Assembly (NCBI GenBank): GCA_050251875.1
Contig: JBFWMA010000007.1
Coordinates: forward strand, 105,431 to 169,430
Reading direction: 5' to 3'
Origin: Deferribacterales bacterium
Lineage (GTDB): Bacteria; Chrysiogenota; Deferribacteres; Deferribacterales; Geovibrionaceae
Length of the DNA stretch: 64,000 bases
Both the position numbers and the translations under genes were made by a program. Position 1 is the stretch's first letter; the number at the start of each line of letters is the position of its first letter. The notes beneath the pieces are model-generated. The model had not been told where the DNA came from, made no database searches, and saw nothing but the letters and a program-made list of their open reading frames with translations. This document shows, in pieces, positions 1 to 9,981 of this stretch.

Positions 1-175
1 TGAGAGCAGATATAAAAAGGTTGGAAAACGCCACGACCGCAGTCACGGACACAGCCATAACCAGCGTCACTTCCAGCTTGGTAGTAACAGCCAGCGTGGA
101 GCAGATGCCCAGCACCTGCACGGCGATGGGGTTATTCTTTATGATAGGGTCGGTCAGTGTCTTTATGTTTGACAT
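1..175 (-). CDS. nqrD: Na+-translocating NADH:quinone oxidoreductase subunit D (5' part; runs off the window)
   Basis: Hand translation from ATG at 175 (overlaps the nqrC stop, TAATG): [46 protein letters not shown] motif; follows nqrC. Confidence 0.9.
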   Translation of the reverse strand, partial: MSNIKTLTDPIIKNNPIAVQVLGICSTLAVTTKLEVTLVMAVSVTAVVAFSNLFISAL

Positions 176-933
176 TAAGCACCCCCCTCTTTCAGTTTAT
201 TCAGATATTTCCCGAATCCGTCAACGCCCATCCAGAAGCGTACTGTGTTTTCCACGCCACGGCTTGTCATTGTGGCGCCGCTGAGAGCGTCCACCTGGTG
301 CTCACCCGCTGCGCCGCCCTTCACCACGGACAGAGCCACTGAGCCGTCCTCGGAGTATATTTTCTTGCCCACCCACTGAGCTTTCCAGATGGGGTTGTCC
401 ACCTCTCCGCCCAGACCGGGTGTCTCGCCGTGCTCATAGAATGTGATTCCGCTCACGGTGTCCATATCGCTGTTCAGCGCCATGAAGCCGTAAAGTGTGG
501 ACCACAGACCGGAGCCGTATATCGGCAGAATCAGCTTGTTTATCTTTCCGCTTTCGTCACGGATTATAAATACGGGAATTTTGGCAGGGATGCTCTTTAT
601 CACAGCCACATCCTGCTGTTTTGACAGATGAACGGCATCGGGCATAGTCGCCAGCCTTTTGATGCTTTCGAAGTATTTTCCGGCGTCAGCCTTCACAGCC
701 TCTCCCGTGCGCATGTCCACCATATAGGTTTCCACCTGTTCGAACGCTTTGGCAACATCGGTGTCGCCATGCAGATAACCGCCGGCGAGCAGAATGTTCT
801 TCTTCCGCTCCAGCTCACGGTTCATATCCTGTTTCGGCTTCAACAGCACGTTTGCGCCCGCCACAAAGAAGGAGCAGATTACAGCGAGGGTCAAAGCCGT
901 TAAAAATGTTTTAAGATCGCTTTCAGACCGCAC
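175..933 (-). CDS. nqrC: Na+-NQR subunit C (FMN-binding)
   Basis: [12 protein letters not shown] and [14 protein letters not shown] flavinylation motif; N-terminal TM; operon order. Confidence 0.95.
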   Translation of the reverse strand: MRSESDLKTFLTALTLAVICSFFVAGANVLLKPKQDMNRELERKKNILLAGGYLHGDTDVAKAFEQVETYMVDMRTGEAVKADAGKYFESIKRLATMPDAVHLSKQQDVAVIKSIPAKIPVFIIRDESGKINKLILPIYGSGLWSTLYGFMALNSDMDTVSGITFYEHGETPGLGGEVDNPIWKAQWVGKKIYSEDGSVALSVVKGGAAGEHQVDALSGATMTSRGVENTVRFWMGVDGFGKYLNKLKEGGA

Positions 934-2113
934 TTCTCTTCATCCTCCTCTGCATATTCGCTTTCATGACAATATAATCTATCAGCGGGGCAAAAATATT
1001 TGCAAACAGAACCGCCAGCATGGCTCCTTCCGGATATGCCGGGTTCAGCACCCGCACCAGAGCCGTCATGGCGCCTATAAGAAGTCCATAGAAAAACTTG
1101 CCCTTCTCCGTAAACGTTGCCGACACAGGGTCGGTCGCCATAAACACAGTGGCGAAGGCGAAACCGCCTATAACCAGATGCCACTGGGGAGCGAGGGAGA
1201 ACATGGGGTTGGTATCAGAACCGACAATATTAAAGAGAGATGTGACAGCCACCAGCCCCACAACGGATGAAACAATGATCCGCCACGAGCCGATTCCCGT
1301 CCAGATGAGAAACACTGCGCCGAAAATGCACGCCAGAGTGGAAGTCTCGCCCATAGAACCGGGGATGAACCCGAGAAAAGCATCTATCCATGACACATTA
1401 ATGTGTCCGCCCAGAGACTGAGAGGCAAGAGGTGTGGCATAGCTGTAGCCGTCCACTGCCACCCATGCCCTGTCGCCTGTGACACCGGACGGATAGCTGA
1501 AAAAGAGTATCGCTCTGGCAAACAGAGCGGGGTTTACAAAGTTTCTGCCTGTTCCGCCGAAAACCTCCTTGCCCAGAACCAGACCGATGGACAGAGCGAC
1601 CATCGCCTGCCAGATAGGCACTGTGGGGGGAAGAATCAGCGGATAAAGAAGACTGGTAACCAGAAAAGCCTCGCCTATCTCGTGTTTGCGGATGATGGAG
1701 AACAGCAGTTCCCAGAAACCGCCCACGGCGAGCGTGGCTATGTATACGGGTAAAAAGTATAAGGCTCCGTGAAAGAAGTTCGCCCCTATGCTGTGCGGGT
1801 CATAACCCACGCCCATGGCGCTTATCAGGCTGTGCCGCCATCCGGCGAGGTTCTCTGTTCCGGTGGAGGCTATCACCATGTTCGCCTGATATCCGGTGTT
1901 ATAGAGAGCCATCAGAACGCAGGGAATCAGCGCTATCACCACGGTCGTCATGATCCGCTTAAGATCGATGCCGTCACGCAGGTGTGTGCGCCCTTTTGTT
2001 CTGTCCATGGGGTTATACAGGAATGTATCCACCATCTCGAATGCGGGGAACCAGCGTTCATACTTGCCGCCTTTTTCGAAAAGGTGTTTATATTTCTCCA
2101 GAAATTTTCTCAT
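923..2113 (-). CDS. nqrB: Na+-NQR subunit B
   Basis: DLKRIM, EVFGGTGRN, GSMGETS, FMATDPVS and YPEG motifs; polytopic membrane protein. Confidence 0.95.
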   Translation of the reverse strand: MRKFLEKYKHLFEKGGKYERWFPAFEMVDTFLYNPMDRTKGRTHLRDGIDLKRIMTTVVIALIPCVLMALYNTGYQANMVIASTGTENLAGWRHSLISAMGVGYDPHSIGANFFHGALYFLPVYIATLAVGGFWELLFSIIRKHEIGEAFLVTSLLYPLILPPTVPIWQAMVALSIGLVLGKEVFGGTGRNFVNPALFARAILFFSYPSGVTGDRAWVAVDGYSYATPLASQSLGGHINVSWIDAFLGFIPGSMGETSTLACIFGAVFLIWTGIGSWRIIVSSVVGLVAVTSLFNIVGSDTNPMFSLAPQWHLVIGGFAFATVFMATDPVSATFTEKGKFFYGLLIGAMTALVRVLNPAYPEGAMLAVLFANIFAPLIDYIVMKANMQRRMKRSAV

Positions 2114-2114
2114 A

Positions 2115-3425
2115 TCAGCCCTCCTTCTCTATGTCGGTGAGGGCAGAACGCAGAACGGGAGCATAGTCTATCTTTCCTGGGCAGGCATATGTGCAGAGGC
2201 TCAGATCCTCTTCGGAAAGCTCCAGACAGCCCAGCTTCTCCGCCGTCTCATAATCTTTTACCAGAAGCGCCCTGAGCAGATGCGTGGGCAGGATATCCAT
2301 CGGCATCACCTTCTCGTATATGCCAACGGGAACCATAGCCCTGACACAGCCCTTCATAGACGTGTCGAACTCCACGTCTTTTTCGCACAGGACTTTTGAC
2401 AGGAATATATTTTTGACAGAGTGAACCTTAGCGCCTGGCATCAGCCAGCCCATGAAGGGTCTGTCGGTCTGTTCCTTAACCACGGAGACCTGATTCATGA
2501 CGGAAGACAGATAAGCCGTCCCGTCAGAAACTTTCAGTCCGTAAAGCACGGAGCCGTTTATCACTCTGGCGTTTTCAGAGTCTATTCTGCCGTTTGTAAT
2601 CTGATCTATCGATGCCCCTTTGACAGTTTTCACATGACAGGGGGATTTTACGCATGTACCGGAGAGGGCTATCATTTTTGATTCGTTCAGTTCTTTGTGC
2701 TTTATCAGGTAGCCTATGTCTATCACAGTCTGCATGTCCATAGTCCACACGCATCTCTGCATGGACACGGGGCGCAGAAAGTGAACATGTGTGCCTGTGA
2801 GTCCGGCAGGATGCTTCCCGTCAAATATCACAGCGTCATCAGTCACCTTCATGTCGGGGGCGCAGCAGACATATGTCTTATCCGCCAGCATTTTTACCAG
2901 CTTCAGCCCTTCGGCGAAATATTCCTCATTGCCCTGATACAGCAGTTTCATGTCGGGCGCCAGGGGTCTGGTGTCCATACAGTTGACAAAGACCGCCTCG
3001 GGCTTGTCATCCGCATGGGGCACAACGGCGAAGGGAAGCCTGCGCAGAGATGTAAAAATACCGGAATCCATCAGCAGTTTCAGAGCAGTGCTTCTGTCTG
3101 TGTATGATGTGTCGAAGCGGACCGCATCGCCGGACGTTTTTTCTATCACCAGAGACAGAAATTTTCTTTTGTCGCCTCTGTGGACAGCTTTTACAATTCC
3201 GGTGGCAATAGCGGTGAAGACCGCTGAGGGATTTTTCCTGTCGGTGAAAACAGGCTGACCTTTTTTTACGGTCTCGCCCTCCTTCACCAGCATGGAAGGT
3301 TTCAGATTCGGATAATCGTCACCCAAGATTCCAACGCATGAAACAGAGGTCATATCAATGACCTCACCGGACGGAGCGCCCTTAATAGGCAGACTCAGCC
3401 CCTTTTTTATTTTATAAACTGTCAT
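2115..3425 (-). CDS. nqrA: Na+-NQR subunit A
   Basis: KIKKGLSLPIKGAP, HPAG and LSEEDLSLCTYACPGK motifs; ATG at 3425 preferred over the longer ORF start. Confidence 0.95.
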   Translation of the reverse strand: MTVYKIKKGLSLPIKGAPSGEVIDMTSVSCVGILGDDYPNLKPSMLVKEGETVKKGQPVFTDRKNPSAVFTAIATGIVKAVHRGDKRKFLSLVIEKTSGDAVRFDTSYTDRSTALKLLMDSGIFTSLRRLPFAVVPHADDKPEAVFVNCMDTRPLAPDMKLLYQGNEEYFAEGLKLVKMLADKTYVCCAPDMKVTDDAVIFDGKHPAGLTGTHVHFLRPVSMQRCVWTMDMQTVIDIGYLIKHKELNESKMIALSGTCVKSPCHVKTVKGASIDQITNGRIDSENARVINGSVLYGLKVSDGTAYLSSVMNQVSVVKEQTDRPFMGWLMPGAKVHSVKNIFLSKVLCEKDVEFDTSMKGCVRAMVPVGIYEKVMPMDILPTHLLRALLVKDYETAEKLGCLELSEEDLSLCTYACPGKIDYAPVLRSALTDIEKEG

Positions 3426-3492
3426 GCCGTTCTCCGAAATCAAAAGAAAGTTAATTTAGTCTTAATATAGTTTAAACTATGATAGGCAGGTG

Positions 3493-4404
3493 TCAAGATT
3501 TTCTGGCTCTCATTATCAGGATTCCGCTGAATCCTACCAGCAGTATACCCAGCAGAGAGAGAGAGTCAGGGAACATATCCCCCGCAAGCATACCTGTGAA
3601 CACACTGAACAGCAGCTCGCTGTAGCCAACGGTGCTCATCAGAGCCACACGACCGTAAAAATATGACCGGGACATGTAATATTGCGCCACCACAGCCACC
3701 AGCCCCAGCATGAACATATAAAAAATATCTATGCCCGCCGGAACGAACGCCAGCGAGTTATATCTGGGCACGCCCAGAAAGTGCATCACGATGAAATAGA
3801 GCGATGAACCGCCCAGTCCCGCCAGAGAGAACGACATTACCATCATTCTGGCGTCATAATAGTTTGCCAGCCCACGCACCGTGGCATATGCCAGAGCGGC
3901 GAAAAAACCGCACCCTATGCCCGCCAGAGAACCGAGCAGAGATATTTCTCCGCTGGGTTTCAGTATGAACAGAATCCCTATGAAACCGACTATGATGGAT
4001 GTCCAGAGCTTGCTTCCGGTCTTCTCTTTCAGCAGAAATCCGCCGATGACAGCCGTGAACATGGGAGACGTTTTAGAAAACGTGGCGGCAGTGGCAAGAG
4101 GCAGAACACTGACCGAAAAGAAGTAAAAAAACATGGCGATAAAGCCGTATACGCCGCGCATAGCCAGCAGAAAAGGTTTTCCGCCCTGATTGCTGGGTTT
4201 GAAGATAAGCATGGAGCCGATGATGAGAGCGAGACTGACTATGTTTCTGAAAAAAATCATCTCCATAGGAGCGTGATGAACAGAAAGTTTTTTGATGAAA
4301 AAACCCATGCACGAGAACAGAAAAGACGCAATGAGCATATAGATGATGCCCTTCATCTCATCGTCAGTATTGAACGCTTTGTATGGATTAATTTTTTCCG
4401 GCAT
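3493..4404 (-). CDS. EamA/DMT family transporter
   Basis: About 10 hydrophobic segments; two EamA repeats (FFRN, TSPMF..LLKEK). Confidence 0.85.
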   Translation of the reverse strand: MPEKINPYKAFNTDDEMKGIIYMLIASFLFSCMGFFIKKLSVHHAPMEMIFFRNIVSLALIIGSMLIFKPSNQGGKPFLLAMRGVYGFIAMFFYFFSVSVLPLATAATFSKTSPMFTAVIGGFLLKEKTGSKLWTSIIVGFIGILFILKPSGEISLLGSLAGIGCGFFAALAYATVRGLANYYDARMMVMSFSLAGLGGSSLYFIVMHFLGVPRYNSLAFVPAGIDIFYMFMLGLVAVVAQYYMSRSYFYGRVALMSTVGYSELLFSVFTGMLAGDMFPDSLSLLGILLVGFSGILIMRARKS

Positions 4405-4452
4405 TAGGGAAATATACGCCTGACGTTTTTATTTGGCAACGGGTTTTAAGCC

Positions 4453-4737
4453 CTATTCTTTGCTTTTAAACTCGGGCTCGCCGACATGATGTTTTTTAAA
4501 ATAATAAGCGCCGAATATAAATATCAGAACAAAAAGCCCGAGAGCGCACAGATTCACAAGAGGACCTTTCACAGTGATATTTCGAACCACATACACGGTG
4601 AGAAAAATATCAAAAGCAAACAGCACGGCGTAGAGATGTTTCGGCACTCTGTAGGTTATATCCGCCTGACATCCTTCGCACTTCACATCGCCTTCTGATG
4701 CTTCCGTCCCGCAGTATGGACATCTGATTCCGCTCAT
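4453..4737 (-). CDS. Small zinc-ribbon membrane protein, unknown function
   Basis: CPYC...CEGC followed by two TM helices; RBS GAGG upstream. Confidence 0.65.
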   Translation of the reverse strand: MSGIRCPYCGTEASEGDVKCEGCQADITYRVPKHLYAVLFAFDIFLTVYVVRNITVKGPLVNLCALGLFVLIFIFGAYYFKKHHVGEPEFKSKE

Positions 4738-4751
4738 ATCTCACCTCTGAT

Positions 4752-6068
4752 TTATTTCAGCGCCGGATCCGTTCTGAACTCGTCAATATAGCTGTCATTC
4801 TCATCAGACCTGTTTTTGGCGTCCGGCACGCAGACACCCGTCTGGAGATAATTTATAGCGGCGGAAAGCATAACTTCGTCCGGGTCGCCAAAATCCTTCA
4901 TGGCATCGGTCGGGTCTGTTTTATAGCAGTCCGGCTCGAATCCGTTGGCGAAATCGCTGTTTCCGTTCACATCGGCGTTTCTGAATGTGATAGCCGTCAT
5001 AACCATATCACAGTAAGCGACCAAATCCATACCGACATTTTTTCCGACTGTCTTTCTGCCGATCAGATATACGTCTTTATAAGCCTTTATGCTGTTAATC
5101 AAAAGCTCGCTGGAAGAAGCGGTGCTGCCGGAGACCAGAAAAACAATCTTTTCCGGATACAGTGGATATTTGGGAGTCTGAAAATAATAGAAAAAATTGT
5201 AAATCGAATAGACTCTGTTGTACTGCATCTCTTCAAACACTTTTCTTTCCAGAGTGCTTCCGAGTATCTGGCTGGCAAGATATCCGGCGGTGTCGTTCAG
5301 TCCCCCGCCGTTGTATCTCAGGTCAATAATCAGTTCCTCCACGTCTCTTCTGGAAAAATAGTAGAAAGCGGAGTCCAGATCATTATAGTTAGCGTTAAAG
5401 TATGAGTAGGCAAGATAGCCTATCATTTTACCGTTTGAGCTGTTTTTAAAAACTTTTGAGCTCAGCACGGGATAATTATAGTAAGCGGTTTTTGTCAATG
5501 TAACGGTGTGAGACACGGAGTCGTAATCAGAATAGACTATTTCATTCTGCACGCCCGCGGCGGAAGGACCGAAAGCGGCGTCCATCACACTGCTGTCGCT
5601 TAACATCGCCGCTGTGGAATAGCCGTTAACAGAGAGTATCTCATATCCTCTTTTCAGCCCGGCGATATCGGCGGGTGTTCCGGGAATGACATATTTCACA
5701 TAAATCCGGTTAGAGTATGCGACTAAATTAGTGCCGAGTCCTATGGTCTCGCCATAGTAATAGCTGATCAAATTCGCCAGAGTATTCAGCCCGCTGAACC
5801 TGTCCTGAGAAACTTTCAGATCATTCATAATATCGTATTGAGAAGCGTATAAGGTGTAGTCAAGAACAGGAGCCTCATCCGCCCACAGATAGGCATCGTG
5901 CATATATTTATAGACAAACTTGACTTTGCCTGCCTCCGTGCAGTCGTCCGGGGCATATGAAATCCTGAAATATTCATTATTACCAGGGTTGCCGTCAGTG
6001 GGAAAAGTCTCTTCGAATCCGCATGAAACCAGAAGAAAAGAAATAAAAAGCATGACAATATATTTCAT
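4752..6068 (-). CDS. S41 family peptidase lipoprotein with PDZ domain
   Basis: Lipobox LLVSC; PDZ-like TPADIAGLKRG; IIDLRYNGGG, TASSSE and GRKTVGK S41 motifs. Confidence 0.9.
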   Translation of the reverse strand: MKYIVMLFISFLLVSCGFEETFPTDGNPGNNEYFRISYAPDDCTEAGKVKFVYKYMHDAYLWADEAPVLDYTLYASQYDIMNDLKVSQDRFSGLNTLANLISYYYGETIGLGTNLVAYSNRIYVKYVIPGTPADIAGLKRGYEILSVNGYSTAAMLSDSSVMDAAFGPSAAGVQNEIVYSDYDSVSHTVTLTKTAYYNYPVLSSKVFKNSSNGKMIGYLAYSYFNANYNDLDSAFYYFSRRDVEELIIDLRYNGGGLNDTAGYLASQILGSTLERKVFEEMQYNRVYSIYNFFYYFQTPKYPLYPEKIVFLVSGSTASSSELLINSIKAYKDVYLIGRKTVGKNVGMDLVAYCDMVMTAITFRNADVNGNSDFANGFEPDCYKTDPTDAMKDFGDPDEVMLSAAINYLQTGVCVPDAKNRSDENDSYIDEFRTDPALK

Positions 6069-6154
6069 TTATCAACACCTTAGGAAAACGTTACGAACCT
6101 AATAATAGTCATACAAATAATGTAACGTCAAGGTATTATAATTTAACAATGTTT

Positions 6155-6457
6155 TTATATGAAATAGTGAAACACCCAGTCCAGCCTGCCCCGCTTTATG
6201 TAATATATCCCGCTGAATTTCATGATACGGCGGATTTTGTCCCTCATCTCCGGTTTATAACAGTGAACTTTGCAGTCCTTGCACTTCGGTTTCGGGTCGA
6301 GCGGACAGCGGATATTTCTGGCGAGGGCATATGCCAGCACCTCGGCGCATTCCGGGCAAAGAGTGCCGGGAGCAACACCGTGGTTTTCCCGGCAGTAGGT
6401 ATGTATAAAAGCGTTCAGGACTTTCGCGTCCTTTTTCACACGCCTGTCTTTTTTCAT
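6155..6457 (-). CDS. YgbA-like (nitrous-oxide-stimulated promoter family) Cys-rich protein
   Basis: YC..NH..LCPEC..RCP..KPKCKDCKVHCY..MR..IR.IM.FSG pattern typical of YgbA_NO. Confidence 0.85.
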   Translation of the reverse strand: MKKDRRVKKDAKVLNAFIHTYCRENHGVAPGTLCPECAEVLAYALARNIRCPLDPKPKCKDCKVHCYKPEMRDKIRRIMKFSGIYYIKRGRLDWVFHYFI

Positions 6458-7446
6458 ATGTTTTCCAGCATGTCTCCCATGCGCACACGGTTTCTCAGGT
6501 CGAGCAGTTTTTTGTCCAGCTCCTGAAGCTCCTCAAGGTTGGCTCTCTCTTTGTCTGTGGTGGCGATGATCTTTGCCACGCCCCCGTTTTTTATCACCAG
6601 TCTCTTGTCGCCCATCAGCGCCAGTATGGGGTCGTGGGTGGACATCAGAACTATCTTCTCCTCGCCCACCAGAAGCTGAAGAGCTTTTTTGCGGTCGATG
6701 CCTGCGTTCTCTATCTCGTCTATCAGAACGATGGGTGATTTGCTAAGGAAAGCGGTATCCGCTATCATCAGAGCTCTGGACTGTCCGCCGGAAAGGGATG
6801 TGACGGGTGTGTCGCCGTCAAATTTTTCTCCCGCCAGCTCGTTCGCCTTCTCTATTATCAGCTCCACCTTGTTGTCTATATCCTGCACAAAACGGCTCTC
6901 AGCGTGGATGCGCACAAACTCTCTGGCAGTCAGATCCATGACGAAGTTCATGTTCTGGCTCAGCTGCGCCACGGGCTTATGCTCGGGCGAAAAACGCCAG
7001 CTCTTTTCGGGGTCTTTGCCGTTTATCCTGATATAGCGCTTGGTCGGCGTGTCGCCCATAGCCATCCATTCGATATCCGCCAGCAGACGGCTCTTGCCCG
7101 ATCCGGTGGGACCCACTATGCAGATAATCTCGCCGGAGTTAATCTCCAGCTCAAAGTTTTCCGCCTCGCCTTTTTTGTTTATCCCGCCTGTTATTGTCAG
7201 TTTTTCTATAGACGCTGTTTTCTCTGTCATGGAGCCCACAGCCTCTATGAAGGTCACGAAGTTATGTATGAACTCCGCCGGGTCGATCCCCATATCCTCC
7301 AGCTCGGTGTCTGTCAGATTTTTCACAAACTCCTTCACGGATGTCTGCGGGATTCTCAGCCCCTGCGACTCAAAGAAATCTCCGGCAAAGGGAAACTGTG
7401 CCTGTAATTCAGCGAAATCTATATTTATTATCTGTTGTTTATCCAT
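6454..7446 (-). CDS. ABC-type ATPase with N-terminal helical (DUF1858/ScdA_N-like) domain
   Basis: Walker A GPTGSGKS, LSGGQ signature, Walker B LIDE, H-loop STHD; overlaps both neighbours. Confidence 0.85.
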   Translation of the reverse strand: MDKQQIINIDFAELQAQFPFAGDFFESQGLRIPQTSVKEFVKNLTDTELEDMGIDPAEFIHNFVTFIEAVGSMTEKTASIEKLTITGGINKKGEAENFELEINSGEIICIVGPTGSGKSRLLADIEWMAMGDTPTKRYIRINGKDPEKSWRFSPEHKPVAQLSQNMNFVMDLTAREFVRIHAESRFVQDIDNKVELIIEKANELAGEKFDGDTPVTSLSGGQSRALMIADTAFLSKSPIVLIDEIENAGIDRKKALQLLVGEEKIVLMSTHDPILALMGDKRLVIKNGGVAKIIATTDKERANLEELQELDKKLLDLRNRVRMGDMLENI

Positions 7447-8134
7447 TGTCCACATCCATTTTTCTGACGTTGCCCATCTGATACTGAGCCCCTATCCTCT
7501 TTTCGCCCAGACAATATGAGCAGAGGGCGGAAGGCATTGAAAATCTGAGGCTTTTTCCGTCCAGAGTATCAGTCTCGGTGTTTGCATCGGCAAAGAGGGT
7601 GGACAGCTCGAAAGCGCCCTGCCCGGTGATGCCGTTCACATGCATTATAGACGCAGTGGGATTCACCGTGGCGACTCTGGAAGCGAAAACCTCACGCTCC
7701 GCCTGAGACACTATGTCTCCTTTGGTTATCACCACCACATCGGCGGATTTCAGCATGGGACCTATCTTCTTGGGCGTGTTGATGCCTGAGAGGTTGTCTA
7801 TGACGCACACCGCCAGAATCTCTTTGATGTGCGGACTGCATCTGTTGCAGAGCCCCGCGCTCTCGCTTATCAGGATATCTATGCCCTGCTTCTTTCCCCA
7901 CTCAAAACTTTCGGACACGTTGCTCACGAAATAGTGGTCGGGACACAATGCGCCGGACAGTCCTTTTTTTACCGGAATACCCTTCGCCTCATAGAGTTTG
8001 TCATCGTCTGTGTAGAGGCAGTCGAACTTCACCACGCCCGCCTTAAAACCACGCTGGCGCAGGCTTTCCACGGTTTTTAAAATCACGGCTGTTTTGCCGG
8101 ATGATGGGGGACCGCTTACAGTCACAAATCTCAT
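7439..8134 (-). CDS. HypB/UreG-like (G3E) P-loop GTPase, Cys-rich
   Basis: GPPSSGKT, CPDH, ESAGLCNRC, TKGD (G4) and C-terminal CSYC. Confidence 0.85.
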   Translation of the reverse strand: MRFVTVSGPPSSGKTAVILKTVESLRQRGFKAGVVKFDCLYTDDDKLYEAKGIPVKKGLSGALCPDHYFVSNVSESFEWGKKQGIDILISESAGLCNRCSPHIKEILAVCVIDNLSGINTPKKIGPMLKSADVVVITKGDIVSQAEREVFASRVATVNPTASIMHVNGITGQGAFELSTLFADANTETDTLDGKSLRFSMPSALCSYCLGEKRIGAQYQMGNVRKMDVDNG

Positions 8135-8135
8135 G

Positions 8136-9338
8136 TTATGCCTCCAGACTAGAGTTGAACAGAGCGTCCAGACGTTTCAGCAGAGCGCCCATGTCAGTGG
8201 AATATATATAGTCCCAGCCGATCCAGTTGAATTTCATGGTCTCGGGCAGTCTGTTGTCCACCTCGCTGTTCAGAGCGGGGAAGAGACCTCTGTGGCTGAG
8301 TATTTCGCCCACCTCTTTTCCGTAAAGGAAATCGGCGGCGGATTTTATCACTTCTTTTCTGTCACGTCTTGTCAGCATAAAGATGGGGCTGATGATACAT
8401 CCCTCCTCAGGAAAGACGATCTCGACTGTTTTGTTGCCGAACAGCATCTTTGTAAAGAAATACGGCATGATGGTTACTGCGGGTTTTTCAACGTTCTTTT
8501 TCCCGGCGTTTTTCACCATCTGAGCGGGGTGCATGGACTGAACCATGCTGTCAGCCAGATTTACCACGCCCTCATCGCCGAACATGCGGTGTATATGCAC
8601 CAGCAGAGCGTTGAACAGGTCGAAGTCGCCCACGGGGAGCGATACACTGCGTCTGAACTCAGGCTTCAGGATATCCGCCCAGCTCTTCGGAACTTCTCTG
8701 CCTTCCAGAGCGTCCAGATTCACCATAAAAACAGCCGGCACGACACCCACCATTCCATAATTGCCTCTGGGATCTTTTAATCCGCTCATGTAGCCGTGGC
8801 AAGCGCCTGTCATATCTTCGAACATGCCCTCTTTCACCAGACCACCCAGAGAAGCGTCATCGAAGAAAACATCGAATCCGGCGGATACGAATATATCCGG
8901 CACATTCTCCGCTTTGATACCCACAACGTTCTCCTCCAGCCAGCTCTGACCGCCGGAAGCGGCTATCAGCTCGTGGGCGATGGTGAGCCCTGTTTCCTCT
9001 GTCACTTTCTGGGCAAAAGAATCTATGGACTCGAGCAATGGTAGGCGGACGGGACAGGGCAGAAGCCCCTTAACGGTGATGTCGCCCTCTTTCACTGATT
9101 CTCTGAGGGTGATATCCACCTGAGCGTCTCTGTTGCTGTCTATCTCATCCAGACTCTTTAAAAAAGTCTGAAGGTCGTAATTTTTCTGTTTTATAGCTGT
9201 TTCCAGTTTCAGAAACTTTCCGGCGGTCTCCAGCATCTTGGGTTCTTTAAAATTCTCAAAACCTTTGCTGGTGAAGAGACTGAATGCTGAAGGGTGCTGT
9301 TTTGAAAGTTCGTAAACTGTAATATTGGCGTTTATCAT
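8136..9338 (-). CDS. Periplasmic-binding-protein-fold protein with N-terminal DUF1858-like domain, no signal peptide
   Basis: PKSWADIL and FPEEG..ISP motifs of PotD/AfuA-type SBPs; LLPCPVR; hydrophilic N-terminus. Confidence 0.75.
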   Translation of the reverse strand: MINANITVYELSKQHPSAFSLFTSKGFENFKEPKMLETAGKFLKLETAIKQKNYDLQTFLKSLDEIDSNRDAQVDITLRESVKEGDITVKGLLPCPVRLPLLESIDSFAQKVTEETGLTIAHELIAASGGQSWLEENVVGIKAENVPDIFVSAGFDVFFDDASLGGLVKEGMFEDMTGACHGYMSGLKDPRGNYGMVGVVPAVFMVNLDALEGREVPKSWADILKPEFRRSVSLPVGDFDLFNALLVHIHRMFGDEGVVNLADSMVQSMHPAQMVKNAGKKNVEKPAVTIMPYFFTKMLFGNKTVEIVFPEEGCIISPIFMLTRRDRKEVIKSAADFLYGKEVGEILSHRGLFPALNSEVDNRLPETMKFNWIGWDYIYSTDMGALLKRLDALFNSSLEA

Positions 9339-9371
9339 TTATATCTCCTTGTATCCTGCTTTATGTTAGCC

Positions 9372-9412
9372 AATATACCCGGTGAACTAAAAAAATACTT
9401 GATTGGTGTCAA
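9372..9412 (-). promoter_or_regulatory. Crp/Fnr-family box with class II promoter for the 9338-6155 operon
   Basis: TTGAT-TGGT-GTCAA at 9399-9412 (one mismatch to TTGAT-N4-ATCAA); minus-strand -10 TATATT at 9377-9372 centres the box near -41. Confidence 0.7.
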
Positions 9413-9421
9413 AAAAGAAAT

Positions 9422-9450
9422 AAAAAAAGGGAGGACTTTTATCCTCCCTT
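9422..9450 (-). terminator. Intrinsic terminator after the MarR gene
   Basis: GGGAGGA/TCCTCCC stem with an A-run on the left (U-tract on the minus strand). Confidence 0.75.
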
Positions 9451-9478
9451 AATGTCTTCAGTGACGTCATGACGAAAA

Positions 9479-9916
9479 TTATTTCTTTTCCAGTTTTCTA
9501 CAGATAGTTATCAGAGAGCTAAGTTCTTCGGCGCTCAGATCGGTCATCTTTTCAGCGACATTCTGCTTATATATTTCAAAAGCATCGTTAAGAACCTGCC
9601 TGCCTTTGTCTGTGATACTCACGGTGAAATATCGTCTGTCCGCGGCGTCTTTTTTTCTGACCGCCAGCCCGTGCTTTTCCAGATTATCTATCACGGTTGT
9701 CATGTTGCCTGTCGTTTTTCTGATTATCTCGGCTATGTCTTTCTGGCACATGGAACCTTTATAGTTAAGGGCTTCCAGCACTCCGAACTGGCTTACGGTG
9801 ATTCCTTCTTCCTTAAGATGAGCGTGCACGAACGAAGATACATGGTCTGACGCTTTCATTAAGCTGATGAAGGCATCCATGCTGAGGATTTCTTTTTCAA
9901 GAACTTGATTTTTCAC
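9479..9916 (-). CDS. MarR family regulator (MhqR-like)
   Basis: SQFGVLEAL, GNMTTVIDNLEK and DRR motifs; GTG start at 9916 behind AGGAGG. Confidence 0.9.
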   Translation of the reverse strand: MKNQVLEKEILSMDAFISLMKASDHVSSFVHAHLKEEGITVSQFGVLEALNYKGSMCQKDIAEIIRKTTGNMTTVIDNLEKHGLAVRKKDAADRRYFTVSITDKGRQVLNDAFEIYKQNVAEKMTDLSAEELSSLITICRKLEKK

Positions 9917-9931
9917 GGGACACCTCCTTTG

Positions 9932-9965
9932 TTTAACATTAAAATATATCTTATTAAATATTAAA
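9932..9965. promoter_or_regulatory. Candidate MarR operator (two TTTAA-N2-TTAAA-like palindromes)
   Basis: TTTAACATTAAA (9932-9943) and TTAAATATTAAA (9954-9965) directly upstream of the MarR RBS; AT-rich context lowers specificity. Confidence 0.35.
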
Positions 9966-9981
9966 CAAGACAAAAGAGGTG

